Notes under the pieces: generated by a model | What the model saw: only the letters and a program-made list of their open reading frames with translations | What the model was told of the DNA's origin: nothing | Databases searched by the model: none | In this document: positions 8,856 to 17,543 of the stretch, one piece after another | Layout of the letters: every line of letters begins with the position of its first letter | How positions within the stretch are numbered: the first letter of the stretch is position 1 | Position numbers and translations under genes: made by a program | Assembly (NCBI GenBank): GCA_944393225.1 | Contig: CALXZK010000001.1 | Span: 109,522 to 173,521, forward strand | Origin: an uncultured Alphaproteobacteria bacterium | Lineage (GTDB): Bacteria; Pseudomonadota; Alphaproteobacteria; RF32; CAG-239 | DNA length: 64,000 nucleotides | Direction: 5' to 3'

Positions 8856-9677
8856 ATGGCATTACAATTATTAAATTCTAAATTCAGACGTATTCTGACT
8901 AAAGAAAGTGACAAATGGAATCCTAACGGACCTTGGCGTCTTCCCTCTTTTGCTTACACCTCTGAGCATAAGTTGGCTTTTTTGGAGCGAGAACATTATC
9001 TGCTGGGAGATTATTCCTTCGGCGGAGTGATGCATGACGTTGACAAGCTTTTTATGTATTTGACTCCTTTTCTTAAGGAAAACAACATTCAACAAATTCA
9101 TAGAAAGCATCAACCGCATCATATTAATGAGATGCAGAAAAAGGTTAAGCACTTGATGGAAATGTACATTGATTGGGACTGCGCCGCTATAACCAAGCCG
9201 GACAAACCTCTTGATGCTTACGCCACCCTGCTGCATTTTTATCAGGAGCAGATTATGCTCATGTTTCCAATCTGCTTAGCAATTGCTCCGGATAGGGTTT
9301 CTCCTTTTGTGATGGATTTGGATGAAAAAAGAAAAGGCGGATATAAGGCTTACCTCTTTCAATCGGAAGAATATAACCGGCAGTGGTATCAGAAAGCGCG
9401 CTTTTGCATGGCAACTATTGCTCAGGGCAAAGAGCTGAATATTGTAAATATCATCAACGGAAATGTTCATGAAATGGACCCCAGAGAACTGTTTTATTTT
9501 TGCCTTGGCCTCATGGCTCAACGTCGCAAGCAAAAAATAAACCAGGAAAATGTTCAGAAAATTTTGCAAGAAAAGTACGAGCTATTTAAGAAATACCAGA
9601 CTTTTCAGTGCAATAAAAACATTGAGCCGATAAAGCATGACTACAAAGCTTTGAGTCTGAACCCGTTCTTCATTTAA
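8856..9677 (+). CDS. hypothetical protein with HD-like / His-rich metal-binding motifs (DUF5662-like arrangement)
   Basis: GGVMHDVDK, then HRKHQPHHINE, then LMEMYIDWDCAAI. This resembles the HD..K / H..HH.E / EM.DW pattern I associate with a phage-linked domain of unknown function. No obvious RBS. Confidence 0.45.
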   Translation: MALQLLNSKFRRILTKESDKWNPNGPWRLPSFAYTSEHKLAFLEREHYLLGDYSFGGVMHDVDKLFMYLTPFLKENNIQQIHRKHQPHHINEMQKKVKHLMEMYIDWDCAAITKPDKPLDAYATLLHFYQEQIMLMFPICLAIAPDRVSPFVMDLDEKRKGGYKAYLFQSEEYNRQWYQKARFCMATIAQGKELNIVNIINGNVHEMDPRELFYFCLGLMAQRRKQKINQENVQKILQEKYELFKKYQTFQCNKNIEPIKHDYKALSLNPFFI

Positions 9678-9695
9678 GTCTGAATGAAATTTTGC

Positions 9696-9732
9696 AAAGC
9701 TCATGTCTTCTAAAACATGAGCTTTGTTTTTT
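9696..9732 (+). terminator. Rho-independent terminator
   Basis: Stem aaagctcatgt/acatgagcttt followed by gtttttt. Confidence 0.8.
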
Positions 9733-9816
9733 CATAATTTTAATGACATATTAAGATTTTTTTTATTAAATATTCTTGTTTATTATAACATTTATGAGGT
9801 TTTTGATTAAAAAGTT

Positions 9817-11145
9817 ATGGAATCCGTATATAGAGATTTAATTTATTTATTTTTTGTTTTCTTTTTAGTTTTTGCTAATGCATTCTTTGTGGTTTCTGAA
9901 TTTGCCATTGTAAAAATTCGCCGTACAAAATTGGAAGAATTGGCTCATTCTGGAGATAAAAGAGCAAAAACAGCCCTTAAAATTAACGCCCGCCTAAATA
10001 CTTTCTTGAGCGCCATTCAGCTTGGTATTACTCTTGCTTCCTTGGGCTTAGGTTGGATTGGTGAGCCTGCAGTATCTCACCTTTTGGAAGATATTTTTGC
10101 CGACTTCTTCGGTGATAACAAAATTTTGTTGCACTCCATGAGCTTTGGTATTGCTTTTGCGTTCATTACCTTGCTTCACGTGGTTTTGGGTGAGTTGGTA
10201 CCGAAATCTTTGGCCATTCAAGATACAGAGCGTTATGTTTTAAGAATCGCAAAACCGTTGTATCTTTTTAATCAGATTTTTGCACCGTTTATTTGGGTGT
10301 TTGACCATGTTACCAATGGTATTTTGCACCTTATGGGAACTCAGGTTTCTAACGAAAATGATGATGCTCACTCTGAAGAAGAAATCAAACTTATCATTGA
10401 TGCATCTCAAAAAGGCGGCGTTATTGATGACACCGAACGCGGCATTATTCAAAATGCTATCGACTTCTCTGAGATTTTGGCTCACGAAATTATGATCCCG
10501 AGACAAGATATTAAATGCTTGTACAAAGGTCAAACTTATGATGAGGCTTTGGAGTTTGTAAAAAACAACAATCACACTCGTTTTCCGCTTTGCGATAAAG
10601 ATAAAGACCATATCTTGGGTATGATTCACATTCGCGATATGCTGGAATTTAATCCGCAAAATGGCGAACAATATGTCTTGAAAAAATTGGCTCGCAAGGT
10701 TCTCTTTGTTCCAGAAAACAAATCTATTTCCGATATTTTGCACGAAATGATGAGCAAGAGAATTCATATGGCCGTTGTGGTTGACGAATACGGTGGTACT
10801 GCCGGTTTGCTTTCCATGGAAGATATTTTGGAAGAACTCGTCGGTGAAATTCAAGATGAGCATGATGAAGAAGAAGTTCCAATGAAAAAGCTTAAAGACG
10901 GCGTTTATGAATTTGATGGAACTTATCTGATTGAAGACGCTTATACCGATATGAGTTTGCCGACTCCCGAATATGAAGAAAGCACTATCGGTGGTTATGT
11001 ATTCGGTTTGCTCGGACGCGTTCCTAATATCGGCGATAAAGCTGAAGACTTTTATTGCACTTACGAAGTATTAGGTGCTAACAATATGCGTATTACGCGA
11101 GTTAAAGTTTCAGTCAAATATTCAATAACTGACGAAGAAGAATAA
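9817..11145 (+). CDS. CNNM/HlyC-CorC family transporter (DUF21-CBS pair-CorC_HlyC domains; TlyC-like)
   Basis: N-terminal 4-TM DUF21 domain (FVVSEFAIVKIRRTKLEEL), a CBS pair (IMIPRQDI..., ILGMIHIRDM), and a C-terminal transporter-associated domain (VVDEYGGTAGLLSMEDILEELVGEIQDEHD). Confidence 0.9.
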   Translation: MESVYRDLIYLFFVFFLVFANAFFVVSEFAIVKIRRTKLEELAHSGDKRAKTALKINARLNTFLSAIQLGITLASLGLGWIGEPAVSHLLEDIFADFFGDNKILLHSMSFGIAFAFITLLHVVLGELVPKSLAIQDTERYVLRIAKPLYLFNQIFAPFIWVFDHVTNGILHLMGTQVSNENDDAHSEEEIKLIIDASQKGGVIDDTERGIIQNAIDFSEILAHEIMIPRQDIKCLYKGQTYDEALEFVKNNNHTRFPLCDKDKDHILGMIHIRDMLEFNPQNGEQYVLKKLARKVLFVPENKSISDILHEMMSKRIHMAVVVDEYGGTAGLLSMEDILEELVGEIQDEHDEEEVPMKKLKDGVYEFDGTYLIEDAYTDMSLPTPEYEESTIGGYVFGLLGRVPNIGDKAEDFYCTYEVLGANNMRITRVKVSVKYSITDEEE

Positions 11146-11181
11146 AAAAAATCCCCCGATATTTTCGGGGGATTTTTTTTG
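11144..11181. terminator. bidirectional terminator between the CorC-family gene and flgE
   Basis: Stem atcccccga/tcgggggat, flanked by A8 and T8 runs. Confidence 0.85.
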
Positions 11182-11191
11182 ACCTTTATGT

Positions 11192-12412
11192 TTATGATTT
11201 CAAGTCACGAATGGTTTCCATCATTTCATCGGCTACGGTAAAGGCATTTGAGTTCATACCATAGGCTCTTTGAATGACGACCATTTTACTAAACTCGGTT
11301 TCAACATTAGCCGTTGATTGCTCCAAAGCTTGCGGGACAAGATATTCTCCTCCATCTTCAATTAATACGGCATTGCCACTTGCACCGTTGGCTTCAAATA
11401 ACGTACCGGAAATCGGGGTTAAATTATCCGGAGCAGCGAAACTGCTTAAAGCTAACTTTGCTAAATTTACGGTTTGACCATTGCTATACAAAGCAGAAAT
11501 AATTCCGTCTTCACCAACAGATGCCTCTTTGAAAGCACCGCCTTCTTTACCATCTTGTTTGATGTTGGTGATACCGCTGCTTCCGGCATATTGAGTCATT
11601 TTTTCAATATTCATGGAAACCGTGTTTGTACTACCATCTTCCCATGCTACATTAATGTCAAAATCGGTCGGAGTTAACAATTTTCCATCGCTTGAGAACT
11701 GAACTTCTATCGGCTCAGCTGTGGTTACTGTAGCACCTTCCATCTCAAAAGATAAGGTCCAAGTATTGGCTTTATCAGCCACCTTATGAAACACCATATT
11801 CATATTGGCTCCATTATCATTAGGACCATAAATCATAATGCCATAGCTGCTATTTTCCACACCATCTGCCGGAACATTGGCGCCGATTTGAACCTTTGAT
11901 GTCGGGGTTGCGGGAATTTTATCCGGATAGCTTAAAACAATATCTTCAATTGAGGAGCCAAAACTACCATCTTCGTTGGCCACATAGCCTTGAACGCGCA
12001 TTCCGTTGTTTGCCACCAAGTAAGGCTGACCGCCGGACATTTGAATGCGGAAATTTCCGGCACGGGTATAATATTCATCACCGGAATAACTATCACGCAC
12101 CGTAAAGAAAGCATTGTTATTACCATTAATAGCAACATCAAAATTGTTGTTTGAGGCGACGACTTGCCCTTGCGATGTGATATGGGTTCTATCGTAATAT
12201 CCTACGCCGTTGGTATCAACGCGAGAAGATGGAAGACCGCTCGCTGCGCTACCTTTCACAACCGGGGCTGAGCCGAGCAACGTGTAGAACATGGTTTCAC
12301 TTGACTTATAACCAACCGTATTAATATTGGCAATATTCGTGCTCACGGTTTGTAAGGCATGGGATTGTGAATCCATTCCCGTTACCGACGGGGTAAAAAT
12401 ACTTAAGGCCAT
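11192..12412 (-). CDS. flgE: flagellar hook protein FlgE
   Basis: 406 aa. N-terminal flagellar rod/hook signature (SIFTPSVTGMDSQSHALQTVSTNIANINTVGYK) and a C-terminal rod domain (LEQSTANVETEFSKMVVIQRAYGMNSNAFTV). AGGAGG RBS. Confidence 0.9.
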   Translation of the reverse strand: MALSIFTPSVTGMDSQSHALQTVSTNIANINTVGYKSSETMFYTLLGSAPVVKGSAASGLPSSRVDTNGVGYYDRTHITSQGQVVASNNNFDVAINGNNNAFFTVRDSYSGDEYYTRAGNFRIQMSGGQPYLVANNGMRVQGYVANEDGSFGSSIEDIVLSYPDKIPATPTSKVQIGANVPADGVENSSYGIMIYGPNDNGANMNMVFHKVADKANTWTLSFEMEGATVTTAEPIEVQFSSDGKLLTPTDFDINVAWEDGSTNTVSMNIEKMTQYAGSSGITNIKQDGKEGGAFKEASVGEDGIISALYSNGQTVNLAKLALSSFAAPDNLTPISGTLFEANGASGNAVLIEDGGEYLVPQALEQSTANVETEFSKMVVIQRAYGMNSNAFTVADEMMETIRDLKS

Positions 12413-12675
12413 AGTTTTTTCCTCCTAAAATTCCTCAATATTCATATGCAAAAATCATGCCAAAGTTAAATCAACCCTTTAGTTGTTTTGTTTGTCCTCC
12501 ACAACCTACTTTTACGAATCTTTAAAGATATACACATTTTTAATAAAAAATTGCGATTTTTCCCGTTTTTTTAGTCATTTTTGCGTTTTTTTGATTATTT
12601 TTGTTGTATTTTTGCGAAATACGAGGTATGAATCTTTTTGAATTTTTTGTATTAACATTAGAGAGAAAAAACAAA

Positions 12676-13164
12676 ATGGCTAATCCATTGGATACTAAAG
12701 TTATCAGCAAATTGGCTGAAATTCTTGATAAAAGCAATTTAACCGAACTCGAATATGAAGATGAAACTTGCAGAATTTGCCTGACACGCGAACAAAATGT
12801 TGTTTCTGCTCCGGCTTATGCTCCGGTTGCTCAACCGATGCCGGTTGCTGCTCCCGTTGCCGCTGCAGCTCCTGCTCCGGCTGCCGAAACTCCGGCTCCT
12901 GCCGCTGCTGACCAAGATTATTCTAAACACCCGGGTGCTGTTAAATCTCCTATGGTTGGCGTGGTTTATTTATCTGCCGATCCTAACTCTCCGAACTATG
13001 TTAAAGTTGGTGACAGCGTTGCCGAAGGTGACACCGTTTGCTTGATTGAAGCTATGAAAACTTTCAACCCTGTTAAAGCTCACAAAGCCGGTAAAGTTAC
13101 CAATATTCTTGTTGCTACAGGCGATCCGGTTGAATATGGCGAACCTTTAGTAATTATTGAATAA
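12676..13164 (+). CDS. accB: acetyl-CoA carboxylase biotin carboxyl carrier protein
   Basis: Ala/Pro-rich linker followed by a biotinyl domain with EAMKTFN (biotinyl-lysine motif). Start trimmed to ATG 12676 (MANPLD); the track start at 12601 is an upstream TTG. Confidence 0.9.
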   Translation: MANPLDTKVISKLAEILDKSNLTELEYEDETCRICLTREQNVVSAPAYAPVAQPMPVAAPVAAAAPAPAAETPAPAAADQDYSKHPGAVKSPMVGVVYLSADPNSPNYVKVGDSVAEGDTVCLIEAMKTFNPVKAHKAGKVTNILVATGDPVEYGEPLVIIE

Positions 13165-13192
13165 TATTTCCGCCAACTTTAAGGATTTTAAT

Positions 13193-14539
13193 ATGTTTGA
13201 AAAAGTTTTAATTGCTAACCGTGGTGAAGTTGCCTTGCGTATCCATCGCGCTTGTCGTGAAATGGGAATCCGCACCGTAGCTGTTCACTCCGAGGCTGAT
13301 GCCGATGCCATGCACGTCCGTTTGGCTGATGAAGCCGTTTGTATCGGACCGGCTCGCTCTACCGACTCCTATTTAAATATGTCGGCAATTATCTCTGCCG
13401 CTCATATCACCGGTGCAGACGCCATTCACCCCGGTTTCGGTTTCTTGTCCGAAAGTGCCGACTTTGCCGAAATGGTTGAAGAACACGGTATCACCTTTAT
13501 CGGTCCAAGACCCGAAATTATGCGCATGATGGGTGATAAAATCACCGCTCGTGAAGCTTCTATTAAAGCCGGCTTGCCGGTTGTTCCGGGTTCTCCGGCG
13601 TTGGAAAGCGTTGAACATGCTATCGAATGGGCTCACAAAATCGGTTATCCGGTTATTGTTAAAGCTAAAGACGGTGGCGGCGGTAAAGGTATGAAAACCG
13701 CTTTCAACGATGAAGAAATGAAAGAAGCCTACACCATGGCTAAGGCTGAAGCTAAAAACGCTTTCACCAGTGACGTTGTTTATATGGAAAAATATTTGCA
13801 AAAACCACGTCATATCGAAATGCAAGTTTTGGCCGATAACTATGGTCATGTTGTTCACTTAGGCGAACGTGATTGTTCTATTCAACGTAACCACCAAAAA
13901 GTGATTGAAGAGACTCCTTCTCCGGCTTTGAACCAAAAACAACGTGAAGAAATCGGCGAGATTGCTCGTCACGCTGCAGAGGTTCTCGGTTATAACAATG
14001 CCGGCACAATGGAATTTTTGTATGAAGACGGTAAATTCTATTTCTTGGAAATGAACACCCGTTTGCAAGTAGAACACCCGATTACAGAAGCTATCAGTGG
14101 TATTGATATTGTTAAAGAACAAATCAGAATCGCCAGTGGTGCTCAACTCGGCTATACTCAAAAAGACATTCAATTCAACGGTCATGCTATTGAATGCCGT
14201 ATTAATGCCGAAGATCCGGAAACATTTGCTCCTTGGCCGGGCAAAATTACCGAATGGCATGCTCCGGGCGGTTTAGGTGTTCGTGTGGACTCTGAAATCT
14301 ATTCCGGTTACAGAATTCCGCCTTACTACGATAGTATGATTGCCAAACTTATTGTTCATGGCAAAACTCGTAATGCCGCTTTGATGCGTTTGCGTCGCGC
14401 TTTGGAAGAATTTGTAATTGAAGGTGTTAAAACCACCATTCCTTTGCACCAAGAAATTATTTCTCAACCTGATTTTATTGATGGTCAATATAACATTCAC
14501 TGGTTGGAAAAATTCATGGCTTCCAAACACAAAGCCTAG
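13193..14539 (+). CDS. accC: acetyl-CoA carboxylase biotin carboxylase subunit
   Basis: MFEKVLIANRGEVALRI, ATP-grasp GGGGKGM, EMNTRLQVEHPITE. Start at ATG 13193 with an AAGGA RBS; the track start at 13157 is an upstream TTG overlapping accB. Confidence 0.97.
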   Translation: MFEKVLIANRGEVALRIHRACREMGIRTVAVHSEADADAMHVRLADEAVCIGPARSTDSYLNMSAIISAAHITGADAIHPGFGFLSESADFAEMVEEHGITFIGPRPEIMRMMGDKITAREASIKAGLPVVPGSPALESVEHAIEWAHKIGYPVIVKAKDGGGGKGMKTAFNDEEMKEAYTMAKAEAKNAFTSDVVYMEKYLQKPRHIEMQVLADNYGHVVHLGERDCSIQRNHQKVIEETPSPALNQKQREEIGEIARHAAEVLGYNNAGTMEFLYEDGKFYFLEMNTRLQVEHPITEAISGIDIVKEQIRIASGAQLGYTQKDIQFNGHAIECRINAEDPETFAPWPGKITEWHAPGGLGVRVDSEIYSGYRIPPYYDSMIAKLIVHGKTRNAALMRLRRALEEFVIEGVKTTIPLHQEIISQPDFIDGQYNIHWLEKFMASKHKA

Positions 14540-14555
14540 TCTTTTAGACTTTTAC

Positions 14556-14591
14556 GAAAGCAGCTTCTTTTGAAGCTGCTTTTCTTTTTTT
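14556..14591 (+). terminator. Rho-independent terminator after accC
   Basis: 12-bp stem gaaagcagcttc/gaagctgctttc followed by T8. Confidence 0.9.
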
Positions 14592-14600
14592 AAATCAGAT

Positions 14601-14629
14601 TTGACAAGATGAACCACTATTGTTATAAA
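14601..14629 (+). promoter_or_regulatory. consensus-like sigma70 promoter
   Basis: TTGACA-N17-TATAAA. It lies inside the 5' extension of track ORF 14609, which argues for the downstream start at 14675. Confidence 0.6.
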
Positions 14630-14674
14630 ACAGACAACAATCTATTTTTATTTAACTATTTAATTTTGATTATT

Positions 14675-15073
14675 ATGAACGAAAAATTGCAACAAAGAGC
14701 CATCGACTTGTTTATTTTACGTGTTGGTGTAACACCTAAAGAATGTGGTTATCAGGTTATTGATATTTATGAAAAGCAAAAAGCATTTATTTATGCCCCA
14801 GATAATAATGTGATAAAGAACTACAAATCATCTCAAAGTATTATACGCTGGATTATGGCTTGGGGCTTTATCCCTTTGCTTTTGGCTTTTTCAGTTGTAT
14901 TTTTTTACGGATTTCCGCATTTTGAAAAAACCATGATTTTTTGGGATCCGATAACAATTGGTGCAACTGCCTTTTTTATACTTTGGTCTATCTTAATATT
15001 TATATTGTGCATTATCGCACTTATACGTAATAAACGCGTTGATAACAAAGTATATTGGATTAATTATAAGTAA
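14675..15073 (+). CDS. hypothetical membrane protein
   Basis: 132 aa with two C-terminal TM helices (WIMAWGFIPLLLAFSVVFFYGF; ITIGATAFFILWSILIFILCIIALI). The start is uncertain. Confidence 0.5.
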   Translation: MNEKLQQRAIDLFILRVGVTPKECGYQVIDIYEKQKAFIYAPDNNVIKNYKSSQSIIRWIMAWGFIPLLLAFSVVFFYGFPHFEKTMIFWDPITIGATAFFILWSILIFILCIIALIRNKRVDNKVYWINYK

Positions 15074-15110
15074 TCAGCAAAGAAGTCATAGCGCTTTTTT
15101 AAAGCACACA

Positions 15111-15152
15111 AAAAAACCCTCCAAAAAAAGATTGGAGGGTTTTAATTTTTTT
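15111..15152. terminator. bidirectional terminator
   Basis: Stem ccctcca/tggaggg, flanked by A6 and a T-rich run. It sits between convergent genes. Confidence 0.8.
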
Positions 15153-15161
15153 GCCTAGAAG

Positions 15162-15785
15162 TTAAGCCTTTTTCGGCGCTGCCGGAGCATTAACTTTTTG
15201 ACGCAAATCTTTAATCAAAGCTTCAACATTACCGCCATTGTTTTTGATAAATGCAGTATATTCATTACGAGCGGTAATGGCTAAGCTAACATTTTCAATG
15301 ATGATATCTACGATTTTGAAGTTATCGCCATTTTGTTTAACACGCCATACAACTTTAGCCGGAGCACCTTCACCCATGGCTACGGTTGAATTGATGAAAA
15401 TTTGATTTTTTGATGTAGAGGGTGTTGAACCGGTAAAGACAAAAGATTTACCTTTAAACTCATCAAAACGTGCAGACCAAGTTTTGATATTCAACTCTCT
15501 GTAAACTTGAATAAAGTCTTTTCTTTGTTGCGGAGTTGCGGTACGCCAATAGCGACCTAAAACAAATTGTCCGATAAAGTCCAAATCAAGAGCCTGATTG
15601 AACAATTTTTCAAATCTTTCATCTTTTACTTTTTGAGAAACATTGGCATTGATAATTTCTTCAATACCGTTGCTTGTAACTTCACGAACAAAAGCATCTG
15701 CCTTTTCAGCATTAACTTCAGCCTTTGCTCCGGTTGCAAAAATCATTCCCAAACCTAAAATTGCTGCGAAAATATTTTTTCTCAT
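15162..15785 (-). CDS. mlaC: phospholipid-binding periplasmic protein MlaC (Ttg2D/toluene-tolerance family)
   Basis: Signal peptide followed by MlaC-like motifs (DLDFIGQFVLGRYWRTATPQQRKDF, VVWRVKQNGDNFKIVDIIIENVSL). Confidence 0.8.
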   Translation of the reverse strand: MRKNIFAAILGLGMIFATGAKAEVNAEKADAFVREVTSNGIEEIINANVSQKVKDERFEKLFNQALDLDFIGQFVLGRYWRTATPQQRKDFIQVYRELNIKTWSARFDEFKGKSFVFTGSTPSTSKNQIFINSTVAMGEGAPAKVVWRVKQNGDNFKIVDIIIENVSLAITARNEYTAFIKNNGGNVEALIKDLRQKVNAPAAPKKA

Positions 15786-15797
15786 AAATCAGACTCC

Positions 15798-16568
15798 TTA
15801 CATTTCCATATCGTCAACTTCTTCATCGATTTCAAAATCAAAATCATAAGAAGCTTGGCTTTCTCCTGAGCAAGAATTTAATTTGCTCTTATTTTGCATA
15901 TATGCAGATTTCATTGTTGTATAGAAATCAACCGAATTGCTTTGCAAATCATCACTCAAATCAAGAACTGCTTCACGATCGATAACAGTTTTAACGGCAA
16001 CGTATCCGGCATATGCGTAATAACCATCTTCATGATCTTCGGTCAGCCAATAAACCGGACTGGTGAATGAATCGGCAATTTCACCGGTGAAAGCTCTCGG
16101 GGTGGTTGAACCGATAAACGGCAAAACAAGATACGGTCCTGACGGAACGCACCACTTTGCCAAGGTTTCTTCAAAGCCATCGGGATGATGTTCTAAGCCC
16201 CAAGCTGACGCCACATCGAACGTTCCGGCCAAACCTAAGGTAGAGTTGATGACAAAACGTCCGACACTGGTACCGGAACGCTTGAATTCCCCTTGCAAGA
16301 CTTGGTTTACGGCAGAAATTGGCTCTTTGATATTGCTGAAAGCATTACGAACTCTTTCTCTAACAGTTGGAGTGGTAATGGCGCGATAGCCTTTAGCCAC
16401 CGGTTTCAAAATATATTTATCAAGTTGCATATTAAATTCAAACATCGCGCGGTTAAAAGATTCATACGGATCAGCTGGATCATGCTTATCGATATTGGTT
16501 GCTGATGCGCAAGATGCTGTTAATAATACAGCGGCGGATGCCACCGAACACAAAGCTGACTTTTTCAT
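15798..16568 (-). CDS. mlaA: outer-membrane lipoprotein MlaA/VacJ
   Basis: Lipobox LLTASC. VacJ signature DPYESFNRAMFEFNMQLDKYILKPVAKGYRAITTPTVRERVRNAFSNIKEP. Lies 12 nt upstream of mlaC. Confidence 0.85.
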   Translation of the reverse strand: MKKSALCSVASAAVLLTASCASATNIDKHDPADPYESFNRAMFEFNMQLDKYILKPVAKGYRAITTPTVRERVRNAFSNIKEPISAVNQVLQGEFKRSGTSVGRFVINSTLGLAGTFDVASAWGLEHHPDGFEETLAKWCVPSGPYLVLPFIGSTTPRAFTGEIADSFTSPVYWLTEDHEDGYYAYAGYVAVKTVIDREAVLDLSDDLQSNSVDFYTTMKSAYMQNKSKLNSCSGESQASYDFDFEIDEEVDDMEM

Positions 16569-16667
16569 TTCTTTTTATCACCTTTTACGGTTTAACCTTA
16601 TTTTTGTTTCAATATAGCATTAAAATATTTGAAATCAATATAATTTTGTTTACAATCAGTATGTTTT

Positions 16668-17450
16668 TTGGTTATGAATTTTAGGAGTTATGCTTTGAAT
16701 TTCTTTCATATTTCAGATTTACACTTTAATTTAGTGGACAAAAATGGCATAAAAAATATAGAAAAAATTTTTAAAAGTATTGCCTCTTACAAGCAAAAAG
16801 GCGACGTTCTTCTGGTTTCGGGGGACATATTGAATAAAGATTTTTCTGATTATCAGCCGATTTTTGGCAAAATATTCGCTTTAGATATGCCTTTTTTATG
16901 TTGCACCGGTAATCATGATAAATCGGCTCAACTTATAGAAGCTCTGGCTAGTTTATACCCGGAGCACCCTCTCCCTCGCAATAAAGAGAAATTGGACTAT
17001 ATATGCAACAAATTTCCACTCAAAATCATTACTCTTGACAGTTTTAAAGAAAATGTTGCCGGCGGCGAAGTTCTTCCTCAGCAACTTGACTTCTTGGAAC
17101 AAGAAATCAAAAACAGCGAAAAACCCATCATCATTATGGTTCATCAATTTCCGCTTGATGCCGGCTTAGACTTTTTTGACACAAAAACCGGCGCTTCATG
17201 GCGGCAAGATTTTGTTCGCATTGTTACAAATCATACGCATAAAATTAAACTTGTTGCTTGCGGACATTTGCATAACTCCGTGATTTCTCACATTGGGCAA
17301 ACACCGGTCATCTCTGCTTTTAGCGCCAACTGGCAAGCTGATTTTGATTTTATGCCCTTGGATAACTTAAAAAATATTTCTCGTCCGGTCGGATATTACA
17401 TCCATCACTTTGACGGAGAAAAAATACTTTCATATGCCGTTACACTCTGA
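16668..17450 (+). CDS. metallophosphoesterase (CpdA-like calcineurin-fold phosphodiesterase)
   Basis: HISDLHF, SGDILN, GNHD, and GHLH near the C-terminus. The start is ambiguous: an in-frame TTG at 16695 has an AGGAG RBS 7 nt upstream. Confidence 0.75.
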   Translation: MVMNFRSYALNFFHISDLHFNLVDKNGIKNIEKIFKSIASYKQKGDVLLVSGDILNKDFSDYQPIFGKIFALDMPFLCCTGNHDKSAQLIEALASLYPEHPLPRNKEKLDYICNKFPLKIITLDSFKENVAGGEVLPQQLDFLEQEIKNSEKPIIIMVHQFPLDAGLDFFDTKTGASWRQDFVRIVTNHTHKIKLVACGHLHNSVISHIGQTPVISAFSANWQADFDFMPLDNLKNISRPVGYYIHHFDGEKILSYAVTL

Positions 17451-17543
17451 TTTGTTACATTGTGTAATCTTTTGTGTTTTGCATTGTGAAAAAAAATAAC
17501 TTACTATCCGAATCAGTTAAAACAACAATAGAGGATTTATATT

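Noticed and set aside
12601-12675. N-terminal extensions proposed by the track's most-upstream TTG/GTG/ATG starts: 12601 accB, 13157 accC, 3835 GT4, 14609, 27132, 47456, 51528 batD, 57241 small lipoprotein and 60232 lipoprotein.
   Set aside because: The extensions run through terminators or promoters, or overlap upstream genes. They add non-homologous hydrophobic junk ahead of clear signal peptides or conserved N-termini. Downstream ATG/GTG starts with RBSs fit better.
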